DNA of 32,000 nt from Candidatus Thorarchaeota archaeon. Lineage in GTDB: Archaea > Asgardarchaeota > Thorarchaeia > Thorarchaeales > Thorarchaeaceae. Under the pieces are notes generated by a model. The model was given only the letters and a program-made list of their open reading frames with translations, did not search any database and was not told the DNA's origin. Below, piece by piece: positions 27,308 through 32,000 of this stretch. Position 1 is the stretch's first letter; every line of letters starts with the position of its first letter. The position numbers and the translations under genes were made by a program. Where the stretch lies: NCBI GenBank assembly GCA_008080745.1, contig SHMX01000001.1:390001-422000 (forward strand), read 5' to 3'.

Positions 27308-27954
27308 AGTTCTATTGCTTCAATAAGTTGGTCAATGCCATCGCCGGTCCTAGCACTCACACTTATGACAGGGATGGTTGCATCCACCTCACGCACATCT
27401 GCAATGAGGGACTCAACATCAAATCCTATTGCCTCAGCTAAGTCCACCTTATTGATTACGACCATATCACTTCGTTTGATGGTCAATGGATGCTTTTTCA
27501 CCATATATGGACCCTCAGTTACACTGACTACAACAATTTTCTTGTCCACACCAAGACTATAGCCAGCTGGACAGATCAAATTACCCACATTTTCAATGAA
27601 AACGAGTTGATATTTTGATATATCAATATCATTGAGAGCTACGCGTATCATTCTAGCATCGAGATGACACGCAGTTCCTGTATTAATCTGAACAGTATCC
27701 ACACCGTGAGCCGAAACTCGATCAGCATCAATTGTTGTGGCTAGGTCTCCAGCAATCATAAGAATCTTGTATCTTTTGGATAATTTTTCGCAGAGTGCTT
27801 CAATAAGCTGTGTCTTTCCTGTACCTACTGAACCCATGATATCTAGTGCGGTTATACCGTGCTTTTTGAATAGAGCAGCATTTAGTTCAGCCGCATCTTC
27901 ATTTGCACCAAAAAGATCCTTTCGAATATCAATAGACAAGGTCCTGTCAGTCAT
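27304..27954 (-). CDS. hypB: Hydrogenase nickel-incorporation GTPase HypB
   Basis: MGSVGTGKT, QINTGTACHLDA, FIENVGNLICPA, VINKVD, SARTG. Confidence 0.95.
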   Translation of the reverse strand: MTDRTLSIDIRKDLFGANEDAAELNAALFKKHGITALDIMGSVGTGKTQLIEALCEKLSKRYKILMIAGDLATTIDADRVSAHGVDTVQINTGTACHLDARMIRVALNDIDISKYQLVFIENVGNLICPAGYSLGVDKKIVVVSVTEGPYMVKKHPLTIKRSDMVVINKVDLAEAIGFDVESLIADVREVDATIPVISVSARTGDGIDQLIEAIEL

Positions 27955-28519
27955 CTTTGGGGTCCTCAACTAATTCTTCTTTTGCTCCCATATTAGGATA
28001 GAGATAATGGCCTATTACAGGACGGATTATTTGTTTCTCTACGACGATTGCAACTATGGCCCATAGAAAAGCCTGTATCATGTCCATGAAGGCATAGAAA
28101 AATACTGTTTCAAATGGGACACCTACACCAGCAAAAATAGTCATGCTCGGAATAAATCCACCAATTATTCCACCACCTAGAATTGCAAGAATAGCATATT
28201 TAATTCCGTCGCGAGTTTTGGTGATGTGTATTGCATATCCCGTTCCCAATCCAAGCGCCATATTTCCAATTAGAGGTAGTAAAGGTACTTCACCTCCCGC
28301 TATCGCACCGCCGATACCAACAATGGTCCCGACAAGAATTCCTCCTGGAATGCCTCCCACTACTCCACCTAATTCTGAGAATAGAAAACCAGGTGTCAGT
28401 TCCAATAGACCCGGTATCAACGGAATCCGTACAAACATTCGAACAACAATGCCAAGTGTCCCCAAAAAAGCAAGGGTTACAATGCCAACTGTGTTCTTTT
28501 CTAATGGATATATACTCAT
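27947..28519 (-). CDS. Putative ECF-transporter S-component-like membrane protein
   Basis: RIPLIPG...LGGVVGGIPGGILVG pattern, ~6 TM, ~190 aa. Confidence 0.6.
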   Translation of the reverse strand: MSIYPLEKNTVGIVTLAFLGTLGIVVRMFVRIPLIPGLLELTPGFLFSELGGVVGGIPGGILVGTIVGIGGAIAGGEVPLLPLIGNMALGLGTGYAIHITKTRDGIKYAILAILGGGIIGGFIPSMTIFAGVGVPFETVFFYAFMDMIQAFLWAIVAIVVEKQIIRPVIGHYLYPNMGAKEELVEDPKDD

Positions 28520-28547
28520 TATATTTTCCTCAAGCAGTCGAGTATTA

Positions 28548-28925
28548 CTAAGACTGCTCTGGCCAGCTGTTCAACAAGAAGTCTCTGGTTTTCTCATAAA
28601 AATCCTTAAGCTTCTGAAGAATCTCATCCCTAACTTCTTCGCTAGAAACAGCATGATAGATATAATATCGCCCACCACGTTCCAAGTACTTCTCCTCACG
28701 GTGGACCAGGCCTTTTCTGCATAAACGAACGATGAATCGCTGCACAGTACTGCGATCCCTGCCAATTCGCTCAGCTATTACCTCTACTGTTTTTGGTCCA
28801 GAAAGTAACGCAAAATAAGCATCGAGTTCAGTACTCTTCAAGTCGTAAGCACAGCATAACAGATCAGAGGGCCTCTCGAATCGTTTCTCAAAGAGTCCCG
28901 ATAGAGGGTCACTTGTCATTGTCAA
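28548..28925 (-). CDS. TrmB-like HTH transcriptional regulator
   Basis: LLCCAYDL..TELDAYFALL, TVEVIAERIGRDRSTVQR...L..KGLV.R. Confidence 0.85.
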   Translation of the reverse strand: MTMTSDPLSGLFEKRFERPSDLLCCAYDLKSTELDAYFALLSGPKTVEVIAERIGRDRSTVQRFIVRLCRKGLVHREEKYLERGGRYYIYHAVSSEEVRDEILQKLKDFYEKTRDFLLNSWPEQS

Positions 28926-29044
28926 TCACAGAGGTTATTATCTACTAGAACAAATTAAGGATTGTGCAATAGACATGCACATTCCCTCGACATAATACAG
29001 CCCTTCAAAAGTCAATGATACAATCAAGTATACTAGGTGCAAAA

Positions 29045-29497
29045 ATGAACTTTGATGCATATAGAGAAGACCACAGCACAAACCCTTGGGAGAATCCAGA
29101 TAGAGGAGGTAAGCATCTTCAGTCCATTAACATCGCACCATTAAAGGGAGTACTTGAGTCAGACCCTGTTAGATCAAAGATTCTTCGACTACTCATTGAT
29201 GATGGGGGATGGGTTACTACTGCAGATTTACTCAAAGTAGGCCGCCAAGTAAGATCTATAATGGGTGCAGTCACTGTGGGAACCATTTTGAATGGACTCA
29301 ATGAACTTGTAGCATCTCGATTAATTCTTAGTAGAACATCTATGAACTCGGGTATTGATTGGGCAGAATGGAGAATCAATCCGGACTGGTTAGAGCCAAC
29401 AAGAAAACTGGTTCAGATGCTTAGCAGACCCCGTATTCGTACTTCAGAAGATGTTATTCACGAAAAGGTCCAAAGAAGACTTTCAGAAATGGAATAA
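29045..29497 (+). CDS. Winged-helix-like hypothetical protein
   Basis: DPVRSKILRLL, TVGTILNGLNEL, WRINPDW. AGGTG RBS before ATG29045. Confidence 0.6.
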   Translation: MNFDAYREDHSTNPWENPDRGGKHLQSINIAPLKGVLESDPVRSKILRLLIDDGGWVTTADLLKVGRQVRSIMGAVTVGTILNGLNELVASRLILSRTSMNSGIDWAEWRINPDWLEPTRKLVQMLSRPRIRTSEDVIHEKVQRRLSEME

Positions 29498-29590
29498 TAT
29501 TACTCATTATCGAGTAGCATATTTCCTTTGAGTAAGATTCATAAGGGACTTGTGCCCAAGATGGCATGTCCTTTGATGACAATCTGGAGA

Positions 29591-30229
29591 ATGTCGGATA
29601 TGAATGATACAATTCAGCAGTTGGACGGAGATAGCGAAAACGAAGATCACATCGAATGGTTTGATGGAGTCACATCAGGAATCGATAGTAAGCGAGTTGC
29701 TGCTGCGGGAATATTAGCAGCACTGTCAATTGCTATCGCACCAGTTGCGGAGTTCATTCCCAGAATTCCCGGATGGGGAATTGCTCTTTTTGATCCAGTT
29801 TCAATAATCTGGATAATTGCATTTCTCATCGGAGGATTTTGGATTGGTATTGTAACTACACTTGCTGGTACCATGGGACTCTTTCTATACGACCCTACCG
29901 GTATTGGGCCATTCTTCAAGATAGTCGCTACCCTTCCAATGATTGTGATTCCATATCTCGGACTGAAACTTCGTCGCCAAGCAGACAGCGGTTCAAATCT
30001 TGCATCACCTCGCAAATACACCGTATTAATGCTTGTCGCACTTCTTGTGAGACTGTCACTGATGGTTCCGTTGAACATCATTATTGTACCATTATTTTTT
30101 GATTGGGGAATCGAACAGATTGTACAATACACGGTCATTCTGAATGTTTTACAGAGTTTATGGGACGCCCTAGTTCCATATTTGGTCGTGTATCCAACGG
30201 GACTCTATAGGCATTATGGAATGTGGTGA
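29591..30229 (+). CDS. Putative ECF-transporter S-component
   Basis: AAAGILAALS (AxxxA), FDPVSIIWIIAFLIGG..G, ~6 TM. GGAG RBS before ATG29591. Confidence 0.7.
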   Translation: MSDMNDTIQQLDGDSENEDHIEWFDGVTSGIDSKRVAAAGILAALSIAIAPVAEFIPRIPGWGIALFDPVSIIWIIAFLIGGFWIGIVTTLAGTMGLFLYDPTGIGPFFKIVATLPMIVIPYLGLKLRRQADSGSNLASPRKYTVLMLVALLVRLSLMVPLNIIIVPLFFDWGIEQIVQYTVILNVLQSLWDALVPYLVVYPTGLYRHYGMW

Positions 30230-30358
30230 AAACTAGGCCCTACTAACTAGTCGCGTGGTTTAGGAGGGACCCTTTTCACCTACCTCTGTTGTAGCCCAGT
30301 AATCTCTATATGGAATTGGGTTAATCTACACTAGATAATCTAGTGAAGGGAATCAACA

Positions 30359-31183
30359 TTGAGAAGATGCGAGTTCTGTGACTCCCCCGTTCCAGCAGAC
30401 GCAGTTGTCTGTCCAGTCTGTAAAGAAGAGATTGCTGAGGAAACATTAGAAAGACTACTGCCATTGCTCAAGAGGCCAGAGGAACCAGAAGTCAAGAGAA
30501 TGGGAATTACTCAGCGTATGTGGGGAACTATCAGAAGACCAGCTGCAACATATCGAGATATAGGGCAACGACCTGATAGTGCTGGTCCCTTTGTTATTGT
30601 TTTGCTAAACGCGCTTATCATGGGTGTTATCATGCTGTTGATGACATCAAGATTCACTACGACGGTTTCTATGTTTGATCCCGTTGTTAATGCAACAGTG
30701 CCCACTCAAGTAAGTGTATTAACTGGACCCCAAGCCCTCTCATTTTGGATGGTGGGACTAGCAACGATTGTTCCAAATATTTTGATTGGGATGATATTTC
30801 TTGGAATGGGAAGTGTCTTTGCACATATTGCGATTAAGATAATGGGAGGTAGTGGTACAAAGGGACAAACTCTTTCGATTGTTGGATACAGTATGATGCC
30901 TGTTCTGTTAATTAGATTGATCTCTATCATTTTGATTTATTCCGCCATGCCCACTGCTCCAATAGGAACAGCACAGGCAAATGCGGAAACGCTAGTGTTG
31001 CAGATATTTAGTTCATCAATATGGTTGACCATCGATTATCTGACAACAGGTGCATTTCTATGGACTGGATTCCTCCTAATATTTGGTGTTCGCGAGGCGC
31101 ATAATACCTCCACTCAATGGGCAACAATCATATCAATAGCATGTATAATAGTGCTTGTCTGGACATTTTGGCAGATGCATTGA
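30359..31183 (+). CDS. Zn-ribbon + Yip1-domain membrane protein
   Basis: CEFC-x10-CPVC, then WGTI.RP..TY.DI, IVGYSMMP, LLIFGVREAH, ~5 TM. Confidence 0.8.
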   Translation: MRRCEFCDSPVPADAVVCPVCKEEIAEETLERLLPLLKRPEEPEVKRMGITQRMWGTIRRPAATYRDIGQRPDSAGPFVIVLLNALIMGVIMLLMTSRFTTTVSMFDPVVNATVPTQVSVLTGPQALSFWMVGLATIVPNILIGMIFLGMGSVFAHIAIKIMGGSGTKGQTLSIVGYSMMPVLLIRLISIILIYSAMPTAPIGTAQANAETLVLQIFSSSIWLTIDYLTTGAFLWTGFLLIFGVREAHNTSTQWATIISIACIIVLVWTFWQMH

Positions 31184-31185
31184 GA

Positions 31186-32000
31186 TTAGAATAACACACC
31201 ATATAGTGGAATGATTACAAACGCGATAAGCCCTACTAAAGCGCCAATCTTATCCAATGTGCTACCTATGAGAAGCTTCTTTTCATCACTTGGACCAAGT
31301 AAGGGAGATATTGCAGCACCAAGTACTATTGCATCTCCTAACAACAACAAAATCCACAAATCCCAACTCGCATAACCCAGCAACCAAATCAATGAATAAC
31401 AGATTACTCCAATGATGTTTAGTATTGCTTGTACTCCAGCTGCTGCACGATATCCATATACACGAGCAATAGTGCGAACATTCCGTAATGCATCTCCTTC
31501 AACATCCTCGGATCCCTTTATAGTTTCACGAGCCTGAAGAATCATGAATGCAGTTAGGAAGAACAGCCAAGATGGTACAGGAATAACCCACACGCCAACT
31601 TGTTCTGCATAAATCAAGGATCCATAGATTACCCCGAATGCAAAGGAGAAGGCAACCATGAAGTTTCCAGCAAGTCCCAATTCTTTCACTTTTGCAGCAT
31701 AAGCGTAACCCACGATGAGAAAGATAATCACAATAATAGCACCAATCATGCCATTGAGCCATGCAAAGAACACACCGAGTAAGCTAAGAACACCTACATA
31801 TGCCCAAGCTTGTTTCACAGTCATTCTCCCACTTGGTAAAGCACGATTTGGACGATTTATTTTATCAATCTCAATGTCAAAGATATCATTAACAACATTT
31901 CCTCCTGCAGCCACAAAGAAATAGGTAATATAACCATACAAAAATACTTCCCAGTTAGCGCCCAAGGATGTCCACACATTAGTAATCTGATGTGCTATGG
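31186..32000 (-). CDS. UbiA-family prenyltransferase, DGGGP synthase-like (5'-truncated by the window edge)
   Basis: GNVVNDIFDIEIDKINRPNRALPSG and RETIKGSEDVEGD motifs. The frame stays open to position 32000. Confidence 0.9.
   Translation of the reverse strand, partial: IAHQITNVWTSLGANWEVFLYGYITYFFVAAGGNVVNDIFDIEIDKINRPNRALPSGRMTVKQAWAYVGVLSLLGVFFAWLNGMIGAIIVIIFLIVGYAYAAKVKELGLAGNFMVAFSFAFGVIYGSLIYAEQVGVWVIPVPSWLFFLTAFMILQARETIKGSEDVEGDALRNVRTIARVYGYRAAAGVQAILNIIGVICYSLIWLLGYASWDLWILLLLGDAIVLGAAISPLLGPSDEKKLLIGSTLDKIGALVGLIAFVIIPLYGVLF

Noticed and set aside
825-31924. Numerous antisense or nested ORFs in the track (e.g. 825-1106, 2995-3405, 22379-23089, 28143-28724, 29647-30138)
   Set aside because: Shadows of well-supported genes on the other strand or frame, with no motifs
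1-32000. Selenoprotein TGA read-through or SECIS elements
   Set aside because: For the TGA-ending ORFs I checked (porC, Zn finger), read-through gave no protein-like continuation, and no convincing AUGA/GA stem was seen. A SECISearch-type scan was not run.
1-32000. CRISPR array, IS element or rRNA
   Set aside because: No regularly spaced repeats, transposase ORF or rRNA-like sequence observed

Overview
Ordinary-looking, densely packed archaeal chromosome segment (roughly 40% GC by eye, many TTG/GTG starts, GGTGA/GGAG-type RBSs). The archaeal housekeeping genes (PAC2, aIF5A, Nob1, MfnA, DGGGP synthase, archaeal tRNAs) together with Ras-like, SNAP/TPR-like, PH-like, Yip1 and C-terminally anchored surface proteins suggest an Asgard archaeon, possibly Thorarchaeia. 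That taxonomy is inference only. About 38 credible CDSs and 2 tRNAs (Leu-CAG, His-GTG). No CRISPR array, integrase, transposase or rRNA is visible. The best-supported unusual feature is a 30-nt intron at a non-canonical site (3' base of the variable arm) of tRNA-Leu(CAG), whose splicing motif would sequester the variable-arm loop. Other leads: a degenerate Ras-like GTPase (no DxxG, NKxN), a TrmB-regulator / ECF S-component / hypB operon, an S8 protease with N-terminal Ig domains behind an ~840-nt structured non-coding region, an orphan porC with an RBS-occluding hairpin, and several scattered eukaryote-like trafficking-type domains. I cannot support a single multi-gene novel system from this sequence alone. 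All product calls come from motif recognition, not database searches.
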